Below, piece after piece: positions 24,612 through 37,445 of a stretch of 64,000 nucleotides of DNA. Below the pieces are notes generated by a model. The model was not told the origin of the DNA and did no database searches. It saw only the letters and a program-made list of their open reading frames with translations. Position 1 is the first letter of the stretch. The number at the start of each line of letters is the position of its first letter. Location of the stretch: the NCBI GenBank assembly GCA_964106915.2, contig OZ066920.1; one strand, given 5' to 3'. The position numbers and the translations under genes were made by a program. Origin of the DNA: Podarcis gaigeae (Eukaryota).

Positions 24612-25495
24612 TTGGCTGCTCCTTCCTAACTCAACTGCTCCCTCAGATTATAGTGAAAAAGAACAAATAGAAAGAGGGAAAAATTGAAAATACCTGAAAA
24701 GAAAAGAGAACAGGGTGATGGGGTAAGATGGATTACTTGAATTTTCCACCAATCACTGAATAACACATTGGCTAAAGCATTGATTGATGAAGTATTTAAG
24801 TCGTCAATCTCGCATCACAAGCCTTTTTACAAATGGCTGCAGAAAGGGTTGACAAGACGGTGGTATCAATGGAAGTTGGCTTTGCTACAAAATATAAGAA
24901 AGACCTCTAGTCCACAATTTGCTCTCTGGCAAGATGTTCAATAACCACTTTCGACGGCCACTTTGCCAGCAAATGTTTCACTTAAAACGTCGGTATTCTT
25001 TACTCAGGACTGCCGTCCACCTCCAAATTTATAGGCCTTTAGGATGAGGAGATTTACTTTCCTTTCGTTTGGGGTTGGATGATGCTTTCTCCACTCATGA
25101 AGTCTACTACTTTTCCATTTGAATGGGATTTGTTCTTTAAAACAAAAATGAGAACCAGCATTTGCACCTTTCAGATGGCTTAGGATATATTAAACCGGGT
25201 TCTGCCACCACAAAAACTTAGCAAAATGTAAGAAATAGGCATCTACTGGGAAAATCTTAGCTTATCACAAGCAGCCCAACATCATTTAAGATGCACCAAA
25301 ACCAACGATAAGTAACATACCTACACATAGAAGCTATGTGGAAGAAGCATTCTCAGACCCCCCCCAGCACAACCGTGTTGACAGATACCACTTTCTGGAG
25401 CAATTCCTGTGTGTATGGTAGGTCAAAAAAATATACTGCCAATACTCAAGTGAATCATGGCTGGAAAGTCCCAGCTGAAAGTATGATTATGGGGA

Positions 25496-25642
25496 AGGGT
25501 TGTAGCTTGTGCTTTGCATTCAAAAGGTCCAAGATTCAGTCTCCAGCATCTCCAGGAAAGGCTGGAAAGACTCCCATCTGAAACCCTGGAGAACTGCTGC
25601 TAGTGTAAACAATGCTGAGCTAATGTAAGTGGACTGTTCCTA
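25496..25642 (+). mobile_element. tRNA-derived SINE (Squam2-like)
   Basis: GCTTTGCATTCAAAAGGTCC...TCTGAAACCCTGGAGAACTGCTGC...CAATGCTGAGCT. Confidence 0.7.
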
Positions 25643-26471
25643 CCATATAATGGCACAGTTTCATCAAGAGCACTGTAGCTGGATGGCCGTGGAGTCACCT
25701 TCCTGACCTGGATGGGGTAGCAATTGAGGTTGGGCCTCTACAGATGTCCGGACAGAAGCATTGGCGTATCCACACAGCAGCAACCTCAATGCCAATCCTG
25801 CTCTCAGTCCAGCACTGTCCAGGTAAGCTGCAGTAAAACTGATGTCTACCCCAGAACACTGGCCACTACTGATCAACAGAGACATTCCACATGTGGGATT
25901 CTGAAGCATTTGAACTGAGCATAGAGTTTGCTGCCACTTCAGAAGCTGGTCTTTCTACTAATTTGCCATTTTATGTGTCATCTCATAGATTGTTTCCATG
26001 CTACTCTAAGGGTGAGTTCATGCCAAATGTAACAGCGCCAGCTTCCATGAAGAAAGTACATTTCTTGTCATGACAGATACATCTTTATTTCAAGCCTTAT
26101 TGAAAAACCTGTTGTTATTTTGTGGGACCACACAAAATGGGATTCTGGCAAGAGATCAGTTGTACCTCACAGTGGTTGGAAAGAATGTGTTTGCTAAGAG
26201 TCTCACGAGCCTGATCAGGAAGTTCTAAACTAGATCCTAAGGAGGAGGCAGACAAAATAAAACATTACAGGGGAACACCTGATACTAGGGATAATAACTT
26301 CACTGATGCACACGAAACTGAGGTGGTGCTCCACGAAACTGCTAAAGAGCAGTAAACTACAAGAAGGAAGCAACTGAAGGGAACGAACTCATGGTTTCAG
26401 TTGTCTCTATACTAATACATAGAGTATGGGAAACCTGAATCAACAGAAGTATAGAGTCCAGAGTAAGGAAT

Positions 26472-26548
26472 TCCTGCATTGCAGGGACTTAGACTAGATG
26501 GATCTTGGTGTCCCTTCCAAATATACAATTCCATGATTCTATGGTTCC
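26472..26548 (+). mobile_element. CR1 3' terminus
   Basis: GACTAGATG...GTCCCTTCCAA...ATTCCATGATTCTATG, the CR1 (ATTCTRTG)n tail. Confidence 0.75.
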
Positions 26549-26806
26549 ATGAAAATGTTTTTCACTTACATTCCCCACCCCCAAAGACTTGAACAGAACA
26601 TTAAAAAACAGTTGCACAGAACCATTCAAATCCTGGCTTGACAGTGGCGGAGCATGAGGGAATATCAGAACCACCAACATGTCCACAGCACCACTGCTCA
26701 CAGAGGCCAGGGGTCGGGCAAATTGCTATGCCAACCTGGACACAATATCTCCAGTGATAGCACTGTGACTAGCTCAGATTATTCTGGGGGATGCAGTGGG
26801 TCTATA

Positions 26807-27047
26807 CAGTGGTACTTTGGTGTACGAACTTAATCCGTTCCGGAAGTCTGTTCTTAAACCGAAACTGTTCTTAGACCAAGGCGTGCTTTCCCTAATGAGG
26901 CCTCCTGCCACCAGTGCCCTTCCACCGTTTGGGTTCCGTTCTTAGACTGAGGTAAAGTTTGCAAACCGGGACACTACTTCCGGATTTGCAGAGTTCGTAA
27001 ACCGAATAGTTCGTAAACAGGGCTGTTCTTAAAGCGAGGTACCACTG
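26807..27047 (-). mobile_element. Tigger/pogo-type MITE, different subfamily, opposite orientation
   Basis: TA-CAGTGGTAC...CGAGGTACCACTG-TA; its start is the reverse complement of the end of 15862-16091. Confidence 0.9.
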
Positions 27048-27966
27048 TATGTCTATAACTGACAAGTCATTCTTTTTCTGCATTTATGTAAAAGAGGTTA
27101 GAAGAAGATATATCCTTCCTCCACTCCATCTTTTGATGTTTGGCTAAATATTATTCTATCTTTTCCAACACCAAAGACAACTAAACCTTTCTCTACAATG
27201 GACTTTCATCCACACCAGCAAGACAACCCTGATACTCTTGCCTGGTTCATTTTATGCCAAGCAAATCTGGAACATAAAGTTTCTAAAGAAGGACAATTTC
27301 TTTTTGTGTATCTTTTTAAAACATCTTATAATGTCTTGGGGGGGAGTAGGGGGAAGTGAAACAGAATAAGCAAAGGTAATATTGATGTAATTGCTTCCAC
27401 TGTTTTGAGAAGGAAGTGAAAGGCAAAGTGCTGTCTTTAAATTACCAGGAATACCTCTCTCTCATTAACTCAGTCTCTCTACTATATCCTGTATACGCCT
27501 GAGTTTTCTGCTGAAACCAGAGAGGAGGTGCATGGTTTTGTAGAAAGGAAGATGTGAGAAATTTGCATGCATTTGTGCATAAAAATCACTGTCAGCATAA
27601 AAGAAACCCACTTAGTTCCTAAATGAAATGCATTTTGGCAGATGAGTGACCACAAGAAGCGAGAAGATCTGGTTACTAGGGGATGTCTGTCTAAAGTTTA
27701 GTTACAGGAAGGTCAGAAAGAGCTTGATTGACTAAATGATGGATCGTAAAGCCCTTTTCACACTTAATGGGCTATGGAAACCATTCAAACAAAAGGAGAC
27801 CCTCTGCTAGGATGCAACCCTTGTTTGATTCTCAGTGAGAATCTACTAAGATGCCCCAAACCATCTTCCTTTTCCAACAATTCCAAATACAGCCCAAAAA
27901 ATAAAATAATAATTTGATACTATTGTTTCATTGTTATTGCCTTAAAGAAAGTCTCTCTAGTTTTAT

Positions 27967-28320
27967 TCTCTACGGACACAGAAGTAGAAATTGAATAATC
28001 TGTCAATTTTGGTTTCTCTCAGTTTCTTATTTTTATTCCAATCTTAAGCTTAGCTTTCCACATGTGATTTATTTGACAGCATTATAGTGTGCATTTCTCC
28101 TCATATACACATTTTAGTATGCACTTTTCCATAATACACACATTTTTTTGCAATGGAATTCCCCTAATAAAATGCATGTTGTGCATTATTTTCATTGATA
28201 TGAGCATTTAGATGCATGCATTTCCCTAATATATGCATTTTTCTACACACTTTTAGTTAGATGGCCACACTACAAAATTCAGAGATGTGAGAATTTCAAA
28301 TAACAGCTGCATTTTAGTTC
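27967..28320. mobile_element. Copy of the 16179-type DNA element (inverted)
   Basis: Reverse-complement similarity to 16179-16538. Confidence 0.55.
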
Positions 28321-28364
28321 ACATATGTGACAAGGCCACTCATACCAAGGCATCATGCAGTACA

Positions 28365-28585
28365 AGAGCTAATGTGGTGTAATGCTTAAATTATTGGACT
28401 AAGTCTAGAGAGACACTGTTTCAAATCCTCATTTGGCCACAAAGCTCATGTGGTGACCTCTCAGTCTATCCTAACATAGTTTTTGTGAGGGTAAAATGGT
28501 GGGTGGAGGGGAACAGAACCATGTAGCCTGCCTTGAACTCGTTGAAAGAAAAGCAGGATAAAAATGGTGTAAATAAGTAAATAAG
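28365..28585 (+). mobile_element. MIR/CORE-like tRNA SINE
   Basis: GTGGTGTAATG A box, GTTTCAAATCC B box, TTGTGAGGGTAAAATGG core, (AAAT)n tail. Confidence 0.7.
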
Positions 28586-29661
28586 CTACAATGGTGGAAA
28601 TCTATACATACACAGAAAACCGCTGCCAGAATTCCTTGGATATCATTTATTATTACATTTCTAGATCACCATTTCCTCCAAGGAGCCCAAGGTGGTTTCA
28701 CATAGTTTTCCAACTCCCAATCATTACAGCCAATGTCCACATAATCCTCACTTTGTCTGTATGTGAGGCCTATCTTAAAATGCAGAACTCAATACCAAAC
28801 AGAGTAATATGGAGGAGATGGCAGAAATGTCTGTCAGCACAACCCCAATAGAGCCTCGGAGAACCAGTGTGGCAGTGAATATTCCCTCTCTTCCCCCAAA
28901 CACTCTCTGCTAAAATATCCCCAGCCATCACTTGCAGACTTCATTTCTGAGTTTGCGTAGCAATGATTGGCTGCTGGAATTCCATCAATGAGCCAAATGC
29001 TAGCTAGACTGCCATTTTTATAGCTGATGTTTATTCTGAGGCCAGTTCACAGAAGGAATTCCAGCTTTGTATTATTTGTCACTGACGTGCAATGAGACGG
29101 CTGCCATTTCTTGTTTGAAGTTGTATTATGGTTGTTTTCTTGGGCGTTCAAGGTCACAGGCCTGCTGATGATGTCTTGTGAAGCATAGCTGGTGCCATGT
29201 ATCCAAAGCTGTTTGGAAGAAGAAGATTTATGTCTCCAGCCATGCAATGTGAAATAACTTCAATGGTAAAAAAAAGAAGGCAAATGTTTGCTTGTTCAAG
29301 CTAGACTCTTATGAATCTCCCAGCTGACTAAATCCTTGAAGATAAACATAGCATGACTTCCCCAACCCAACAATGATTGCATATTGTCTTTGAATAAATG
29401 CTGTAATATTGTTCCTCCATGTTTTCTTCAGCATTGGCAAGTTATGTAAACAAGCTAAAGTCACATCCCAAGAAACAATGTAAGGCCATCCCAGTGATTG
29501 TTATTCCGTGGCAGAGAAGAATAAATGATTCAGAAATTTGGTTTGCCACCTTGCCACCTCTCCCAAACATGACTGGCATCTGAAGCTCTTGTCTCAGTCC
29601 TTAAAATGTATTAACCAGCTTTGATTTTCCAATGCAAAGTCCAATTGAGTTTCAAGGAAGA

Positions 29662-29818
29662 GAGTGTAGCTTAGTGGTAAAGTGCATGCTTTGCATTCAA
29701 AAGGTCATAGGTTCAATTCCCAGTAGAACTGAGAAACAGCCCTGTCTGAAACCCTGTTGTGGACAAAATAGGGACATGGGACAATTGTCTGACTCAACAT
29801 AAACAGCTTCCTGTTCCT
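29662..29818 (+). mobile_element. tRNA-derived SINE (Squam2-like)
   Basis: GTAGCTTAGTGGTAAAGTGCATGCTTTGCAT...GGTTCAATTCCC...CAGCTTCCTGTTCCT. Confidence 0.75.
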
Positions 29819-30783
29819 GGGCAAGACCTCTTGAACACCCAAAGGTTCATTTTGCCCATCAAAACAGTGAGTGTGAGGATGGGTAGAGGGTTTTCATGGG
29901 CAATATGGAAGATAACACAAAATCACTGAGTCTTTAAAGTAGCCAGGACATGATAATGCTTCTTGTAAAAGTAGTATGAAAAACAGAAATCAAAGTTAAT
30001 GGAGGAGTTTATTTTCCTGGAGAAGGGAACAGATCACAGGGGTGATTAATCTCACTCAGATCGATCAGGATCAAACTTTCTTCATAAATATGGAGCTAAG
30101 AAATGCCTGATATGGTGGACATGTCTTCTTGACATTAACTTATAAGCTATATCTGCAAGCAGGTGTTGCAACTGCAATCAAACCTCTGATGCAGAGATTC
30201 TAAGTTGATAATGTAGCCTAATTCAGGCATTCAAGCACGATCAGGGGGTAGGGAGTACCAGGGCATGTGCAATATCCCCCTTCAATGTCCTTGTCTGCTG
30301 TGCACCACCCAAATCATTCTACATTGAGCAATGGGCTTTTGAACTGCATTTAGATATCAGTTTCACCAGGTTGCTGAAATTTAACAGGGTTTGCAACCAC
30401 ACAAAGGCTTCTGGCTGTATTCAGCTGCACATAGTTATAATGACGCAGCTCAATGAATGGGCCAGTTCACACATGCACGTTAAAATCACTGGATAGCTGG
30501 CTGCAACATACAGTGTGGACTCAAATGTGTGAATGGACCGTCACAAATAGAACTTTCATGTGCTCTTAAATCCTCTCAAATGTAATGCTTTTTAGTAAAT
30601 TCAGTTCACAAATTCAGCTGTCAGTCATCAAAGCTTGGTATTCATGCAGCTGGTGGCATTCTCACAGGCATGGGGGATGGGCAGATGTAGGAACTGAATC
30701 CTAAATTCACAATAAGCCAATATAAAAAAATTATGAAGCATATCCAAAAGTGTAGAACATCCATTTCCATCCTGGGACCCACT

Positions 30784-30960
30784 CAATGCTGTTTTTCTGG
30801 GGGGACACAGGGGGATGCATAACCCTAAACATTTTGTGAATCTTTCTACTTTTGTCCATTTACTGTATTTCTTTTTCCCAATTTGAACTATAAAATGGTG
30901 ATTTTCCTAAGTCAAAATGAGAGTACCCCTAACTATTTTTAAGAGAGAGAAAAAGCACTG
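30784..30960. mobile_element. hAT MITE (same family as 10622, inverted)
   Basis: TIR CAATGCTGTTT/AAAAAGCACTG; TSD GACCCACT/GACTCACT. Confidence 0.85.
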
Positions 30961-31861
30961 GACTCACTTATCCACTGTCATACAGGCACCTCTGGCATGA
31001 TGCAGTTCATTTTGTTACTTATAATAAACCACTGTCTGAATTTATACTAGAAGAACATTGTTGCAGAGGATACAGCTTCATTCCAGAGGATTGTGTTGCT
31101 AGTAGTAGTGGTTGTAGGTGAGATAAAAACTGAAGCACATAAATCAGCTGACTCATGCAATGTAGCATAAATTGCTGAGTGTGTGTGGCACAGATATAAA
31201 GTTTCATTAGTCTCCTATATATAAAAACAAACAAACAAAAGCATCTTCTTGTACATACAAAAGCAGCATGTAAAGCAAATCTCGCAGGCAGAAATCCCAG
31301 TGGCTTGTGTCATTTATTCTCTACTCAGCAAATCTTTATCATACAAAAGCATGGTGTTTTTGCTCAAGATTAGTCTTTTCCAAGCATAGGTATTGCATTT
31401 AATCTATTTTAAAAGAAAATGTATTTTTCCCCACTGTGACTCTCCAGCGAAAGTGATATGTTTATCTCTAGAGCTTGCCAGTGCATTGCACGATAGAAGA
31501 ACATACAGTGAAGCGGGATCTTTTATCACTCACTCTAAGTTCTGAATGCCCCCTGTTTATCCTGCTTATGGGAATTCCTGTCAGAAAAGCAGCCGTCATA
31601 ACAGTAAGATGCACATCCAGTAGAATGGGATAGAAACTTCATCTCTCGCATGCTTTCCACTTCAGTTCCATCAATACGTTTGACACCAGGAAATGAATTT
31701 TATTGACCTTTTAGAGTCTTCCCCTGAAACGCCACTCCTAGTCTTAAAGGAAAGATTCAGAGGGGGAGAATTTCAAAAGATCCCTCTCTCCAGAATTGCA
31801 ATTGTTCTTGGAAAGGTGAAAAACTTTAATCTGCTTTTAACAGCATTCAGCGGATCATCTA

Positions 31862-32090
31862 CAGTGGTACTTCGGATTACAAACACCTCAGGTTACAAAA
31901 ACTTCGGGTTAGAGACTCTGCTAACCCAGAAGTAGTACCTCAGGTTAAAAACTTTACCTCAGGATGAGAACAGAAATTGTGTGCCAGCGGCAGCAGGAGA
32001 CCTCATTAGCTAAAGTGGTACCTCAGGCTAAGAATGGTTTCAGGTTAAGAACGGACCTCCAGAACTAATTAAGTTTGTAACCAGAGGTAC

Positions 32091-32094
<4 letters not shown>
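31862..32094 (+). mobile_element. Tigger/pogo-type MITE
   Basis: Collinear with 15862-16091; 5' TA present; 3' TIR runs into (TG)n. Confidence 0.9.

Positions 32095-32134
<40 letters not shown>
32093..32134. repeat. (TG)n microsatellite
   Basis: Direct reading. Confidence 0.95.
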
Positions 32135-32137
<3 letters not shown>

Positions 32138-33824
32138 ACATTGTTTCCAGATGTTTATTGTGGAATTGGTGTTCCTCATGCATACATTATTATTTTTGCG
32201 GTAACCATACTGTTGGCGGTTTGTTTGTTTTTGTGGGTATTTTTGCAATTTGGTTAAATAGAAAGGAGAATTCTCTGGATCCCTAGATCCAGGTTTGAGG
32301 CAAGTACTCTTTGGTGAGAGAGCCCCGACAAAGATTTAAAATCATTAAACATGCAGCAAAGTAAAGCGTGGAACTATAGGATGTTAGAACGGGGCATTTT
32401 CAAGGTCTAAGTCATTTCCAAAGTTTCCTATTTCCCTTAACATAAAAAGAGACTGCATGTTTGGTAAGATAAATTTGGTTTACTTACAAATTCCTCAAAG
32501 GTCAGACTCATGTGTTTTTCCATACAGCAGCAAGAAATGGCAGGCAGTTTAACTTAGTTTCAAAATTAGTAAGTGTTTCAAAATTATTTGTATAGAAGCA
32601 CAAAGATGGCTTGCTAAAGGCATGCAGTCTAAGCTTGCAGCATCCAGCTTAGACATCCTTACTGGTCAGGTTCACATGATGGAGAAAAATGGCAGTCCAT
32701 ATTGCTTTCCCATTTAATCCCAATTTACTCTTTCAGGGAGAAATCCAAGAAGTTCTGTTGCTAAGAAACTATACATAATATCTCAATGCCTTGTTTACAA
32801 ATTAAGCTCCCACCCAGAAGCACCCAAAAATAATAAAAGAATATTGTTGAACTTCCCACAGAGCAAGGAAGAGGAAAGGTTACTGAATGGCATTACAACT
32901 ATATACAGACGTTTTCATGTATATTCTTTTATCTAACCAGACTACTTTATTAGTGTGTTGCTACTTTCTCACCTGTAAGCCTCTCTTTGATTACAGTGGT
33001 TTCTTCCATCAATCTATCTTCAAAGGAGTAGTGATTGTATACTCTGTTGCTGGTGAGCTTGGAGACACTGGTTTTTTCACATGGCCCAACAAAGGCAGTT
33101 TTATGGCCACTGTAATTCCACTGTTTGCATAGCAATGGCAATGAACCCCCCCCAAAAAAAAAATTCCCCTGGAATCTCTTGCACCCATATAGGCATAAAT
33201 ACAACCAAATACAAGCCCCCTCTCCACCTGTTTTCTCCATGTCCCTGCTGCACTCTATAGAAAACAACAGGTGTATACAGCAGATGGTAAGAGTACAAGG
33301 AAACAGCAGCCACTACATTGAATTTGCATATCCATTGGCCAGTGTTTGATTTGTTTCCAAAATCAGTATTTTATGTGCTCTTGAAGTTTCTGACAAATTA
33401 CACTCCCAAAATATTCCAGAACCAAGAGGTTGGCACTAGTGACAAACAAGCTCGCTCTGGTCACATATAGAACTGGGCTCTAAGAAATACAACGACAACA
33501 AATGCTTTCCCCTCAAGCTAACACTTAGCTCAGTTCTTCTGAGCCCAGTTCCAGGCCTCTTTCAGGTTCTGTTGCATCCTCAATGCAGGGCCAGATTTAG
33601 ATGAAGAGAGGCCCTAGGCTACAATCCCCTTCTCAATTAAGTAATCAAATTTAATCTAGAATTTAAATTCTCAAAACTTTCTTATTTGTTAATTCGAGCA
33701 AGTAAACTACTGCTCTCACTTCTTTACAAACAGTATTTCTACCTACAACACACTTGAGCAAACCTGCTCCTCTTCCTTTCACGGATATTTTGTTGCCATT
33801 TGCAACTGTAGCTGCCTCTGATTA

Positions 33825-34084
33825 CCGTATTTTTTTGCTCTATAAGACTCACTTTTTCCCTCCTAAAAAGTAAGGGGAAATGTGTGTGCGTCTTAGGAAG
33901 CGAATGCAGGCTGCACAGCTATACCAGAAGCCAGAACAGCAAGAGGGATTGCTGCTTTCACTGTGCAGCGATCCCTCTTGCTGTTCTGGCTTCTGAGATT
34001 CAGAATATGTTTTTCCTTGTTTTCCTCCTCCAAAAACTAGATGCGTCTTGTGGTCTGGTGCGTCTTATAGAGCAAAAAATACGG
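33825..34084 (+). mobile_element. Tc2-like MITE
   Basis: TIR CCGTATTTTTTTGCTCTATAAGAC/GTCTTATAGAGCAAAAAATACGG; TA TSD. Confidence 0.9.
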
Positions 34085-35500
34085 TAGTTATTTAACTTTT
34101 GGGGGAAATAATTAGCATCACACGTCATGTGCATAGAAGTTGCCAAACCAATTAACCAACTAGAAGGATTACTGTTAATAGCACCAGTTTTCCTATAACT
34201 TGATATTGCTGGATAGTTTTATAAAAGCATTTTTAGTTTGCTTTCTGTTGCCACCCTGGAACTTTTCTTTATTAGTTCCACTTTGTTTTGTACGATTCCT
34301 TGCAAATGAAGGAAAACAACTTTTCTGCTTGTGTATGTTGATAATATAATTTTGGTTACTGAGAACAAACAAGATTGTACAAAAACAAGATTGGGTGCAG
34401 GCCCGGCCAGGACATAGGTGTCCTGACTGTGACAAAGGTGAGCTGTGTGCTTCCTTGCTTGATTAACAGCTGTTGGGAACTTCAAGGTCCCTGCTCTCCC
34501 TTCTTATGGTCTTTGTACTGGACCGGGAGACTCCAACAGAGAGCATTCCATGTCAAAAAGGAGGGCAAGTGGGCACTATCAAATGACAGGGCAGGCGTTA
34601 CACGGAGCAGGGCTCTTTCACTGGCGGTGCCCATTGTATGCCTCGCTCTTTCCAGACCTGCTCTCTTTTGGCCTGTATTTTGGAGCTTTATAATTTAGGA
34701 AGACTTTGGAAGAACTGGTTGACAAGTCTTATCAGTCACTGACGTATGAGCAGATTTTATTTGCTACTATTTTGGGCTTCTGGTGCACCAGGGTTTACAC
34801 CAGCGTAAAAGAGTTGGCCAGGATGCCAGAAGGGATACAATTTATGAGCTTTCTCTATTATTTGCACAGCAGGGGGTATTCAGTCAACAGTGCAAAGGCT
34901 GAGCTGAAGCGTTCCCTGCTGGTTACCTGCCTTCAGCAATAGGGGTCGCTGTTTGGTAGTACCCAATTTGTTAGCTGTCAGATTCTAGAGCTCCCTATTG
35001 GTGGCTCTTAGGTAATTCACAAAATACAGAGTCTATTCATAAAACAGTGTTCATTCATAAAGCAGTAACATAAATCTCCATTGCTACATATTGGTTGAAT
35101 ATTTCAGTGGTTGAACGTACAGGTTTATGGCCATGCTGTAGTGTAGTGCTTATGTGACTGTGAATAAAAGGTGGCTGGGCTCATTGTTTCAGGGTTTGAG
35201 TGGGGAAAGGTGACAAAACTGATTTCCAATAAGTGCCCCACTTTTTTTCCATAACAAGTCATTGAGTCTGTACTCTGAATAGTGACACCAGGGATCTAGG
35301 AGGTGCAGGGCTTGTCAGTCCAACCCCTGCACAGTCTCATCAGGGCTGACCTTAAGGCAATTGGAGCAATTTGGCCAAATTGGGCCCCGTGTGCCACTCT
35401 TAAAGGGGCCCTGCACCAGGGCAATCTAGATGGATTTTATTTATAGCTATAAGATTTTGCAGACTTTGGCTGTGAACTGGGGCCCTACAAAAAAAAATTA

Positions 35501-36399
35501 CCATATTTTTCACACCATAACACTCACTTTTTTCCTCCTAGAAAGTGAGGGGAAATGTCTGTGCGTGTTATGGAGTGAATGCCTATGGATGGCGGGGGGA
35601 TCTGCTGCAGTCATGAGCAGAGGATCCATGGTTCCCCTTCCTTCCCTCCTCCATGGCTCGCTTTGAAACAGCAAAGCGGGAGAAGAGCTGCTGAGTGAGG
35701 AGGAGAGAAAGACAGAGAGCCTGCTTGCTTTAAAGGAGCAAAGCGGGAGAGGAGAGTCCAGTTGGCTCCTTTAAAGCAAGCAGGCTCTCTGTCTCTCTCT
35801 CCTCCCCACTCGCTAAATAGCAGCAAAGATTTTTCAAGCAGGCTCTCTGTCTCTCTCTCCTCCCCACTCGCTAAATAGCAGCAAAGTTTTTTCAAACAGG
35901 CTCTCTGTCTCTCTCTCCTCCCCACTCCTCTTATAAGAGCCTTCTCCTCTTATACGCCTCTTCTGCATTATTAACAGCATCCTTCTCCACCCACCCCACG
36001 CGTGTTCCTTGTCCCTTGAGTGCTTTTCCTTCCCTCCCCACTTAAAATATGGTTACAAAGCTCAAATTCACACGGATGCTCAGGATTTTTGCACTGGGTC
36101 ACCCAAAATTCACCATCAGATCACATAGCATGTCCATGGCTACAGCTTGCACCAAAAAAATCACACCTGGGGCCACAGTGGTGGAAAAACGTGGTTACAA
36201 AGCACGGATCCACATGGATCTTCAGGATTTTTGCATTGGGCTACCCCAAACTCACCGTCAGATCACATGTCTGTGGCCACAGCATGAACCACAAAAATCA
36301 TACATCCACTGTTTCATTTAAAATATTTTTTTCTTGTTTTCCTCCTCTAAAAACTATGTGTGTTATGGTTGGGAGCGTGTTATAGAGCGAAAAATATGG
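35501..36399 (+). mobile_element. Longer Tc2-like non-autonomous element (same family as 33825)
   Basis: TA-CCATATTTTTCAC...GCGAAAAATATGG-TA; both ends collinear with 33825-34084. Confidence 0.85.
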
Positions 36400-37169
36400 T
36401 AAGTTGTGCCCCACTACTTCAAATTGGGCCCCACTTAATAAATTTAAGGCAGAGGGGAGACTGAGGCACTAGGGAGAGGGCAGGCTGGCGAGGCCTCCTG
36501 GATTTAGAGGCCCAAGTTTCCCTGCCCTTGCATGAAGTATTGGGTTTGCAATTTTGGGAGAGGGGAGACTGCGGCACTGGGGAGCGGGCAGGCTGGAGAG
36601 GCCTCCTAGATTTAGAAGCCCTAGGCTTCAGCCTACTTAGCCTATACATAAATACATAAACACTGCCTCAATGATATCAATGGGAGAACAACAGAGTATG
36701 ATCCAACTGCCAAACTCCCTATTAGCATCCAATGCACCATCTTTTGTTCATCCACTGATCTACCTGCAGCACAAGACCCCAATTCTCTGCACTTAGCTTT
36801 GGTGTAGCTCTGGTGGCAGTGGTGAGAAAAGAGGAAGGGAAGAAGCAGTGGTGGACTTCAACGGTACCCTATGTTGTGTTAATATTAGGCGCTTCCCGCC
36901 ACCTCTCACCCTCTGTTCTACAGCACTGTTGTGGTGCCCCGTGCAGCTGCACTGGTCATGCTACCCTAAAACCACCTCTGGAGGGAAGCCTTCTCTGAGG
37001 CCTGACACATTGTTATGATCCCTACACTGGGGGGTGTAGGGGTTGTTGTTTTTTAGAACTAATAACATTATTCAGAGCTCCTTGTCTCTGGTAGATAGCA
37101 TATCTTTCCTTTCCTTCCTTTCTTGGGGGGAAAAAGGTAAGAAAAAGGCATTTTAAATCAAATAACTTA

Positions 37170-37445
37170 GAGAGTTGTGATATTTGCATTTCTTTGAGGG
37201 TGTGAGCATTATACCTGGATTCATGAACGTGCAGTGAAATAACATGCAGAAATGCATTATATTTTGGGAAATTGCTTGCAGAAATTTGTTCACGTGTCCA
37301 AAGCACATACAAAAATATATTCATTTGGAGAAATTCACACTAAAATGGTGGTGGAGTGTTACGAGGATTTTAAAAAGAACTTGCAAAGCTGAACTTAAGG
37401 GTGGGGAAATGAGAGAACCAAAATTGACATATCCTTCCATCTCTA
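37170..37445. mobile_element. Copy of the 16179-type DNA element
   Basis: AAATGCATTATATTTTGGGAAATTGCTTGC matches the sequence at 16381-16412. Confidence 0.55.

Larger units (their letters stand above)
33586..36665. mobile_element. 3.08-kb composite non-autonomous hAT element with nested insertions
   Basis: CAGGGCCAGATTTA...CACTG ends; perfect 8-bp TSD CCTCAATG (33578-33585, 36666-36673); subterminal GA(G/A)GCCCTAGGCT near both ends. Confidence 0.75.

Noticed and set aside
29662-29725. tRNA-Ala-like sequence with A and B boxes
   Set aside because: SINE head followed by SINE body; no intact cloverleaf
34193-34485. Minus-strand ORFs inside the composite hAT as a transposase remnant
   Set aside because: No BED finger, DDE or hAT dimerisation motif recognisable
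35778-35927. 58-bp repeats as a CRISPR-like array
   Set aside because: Head-to-tail tandem units with no unique spacers, inside a eukaryotic MITE
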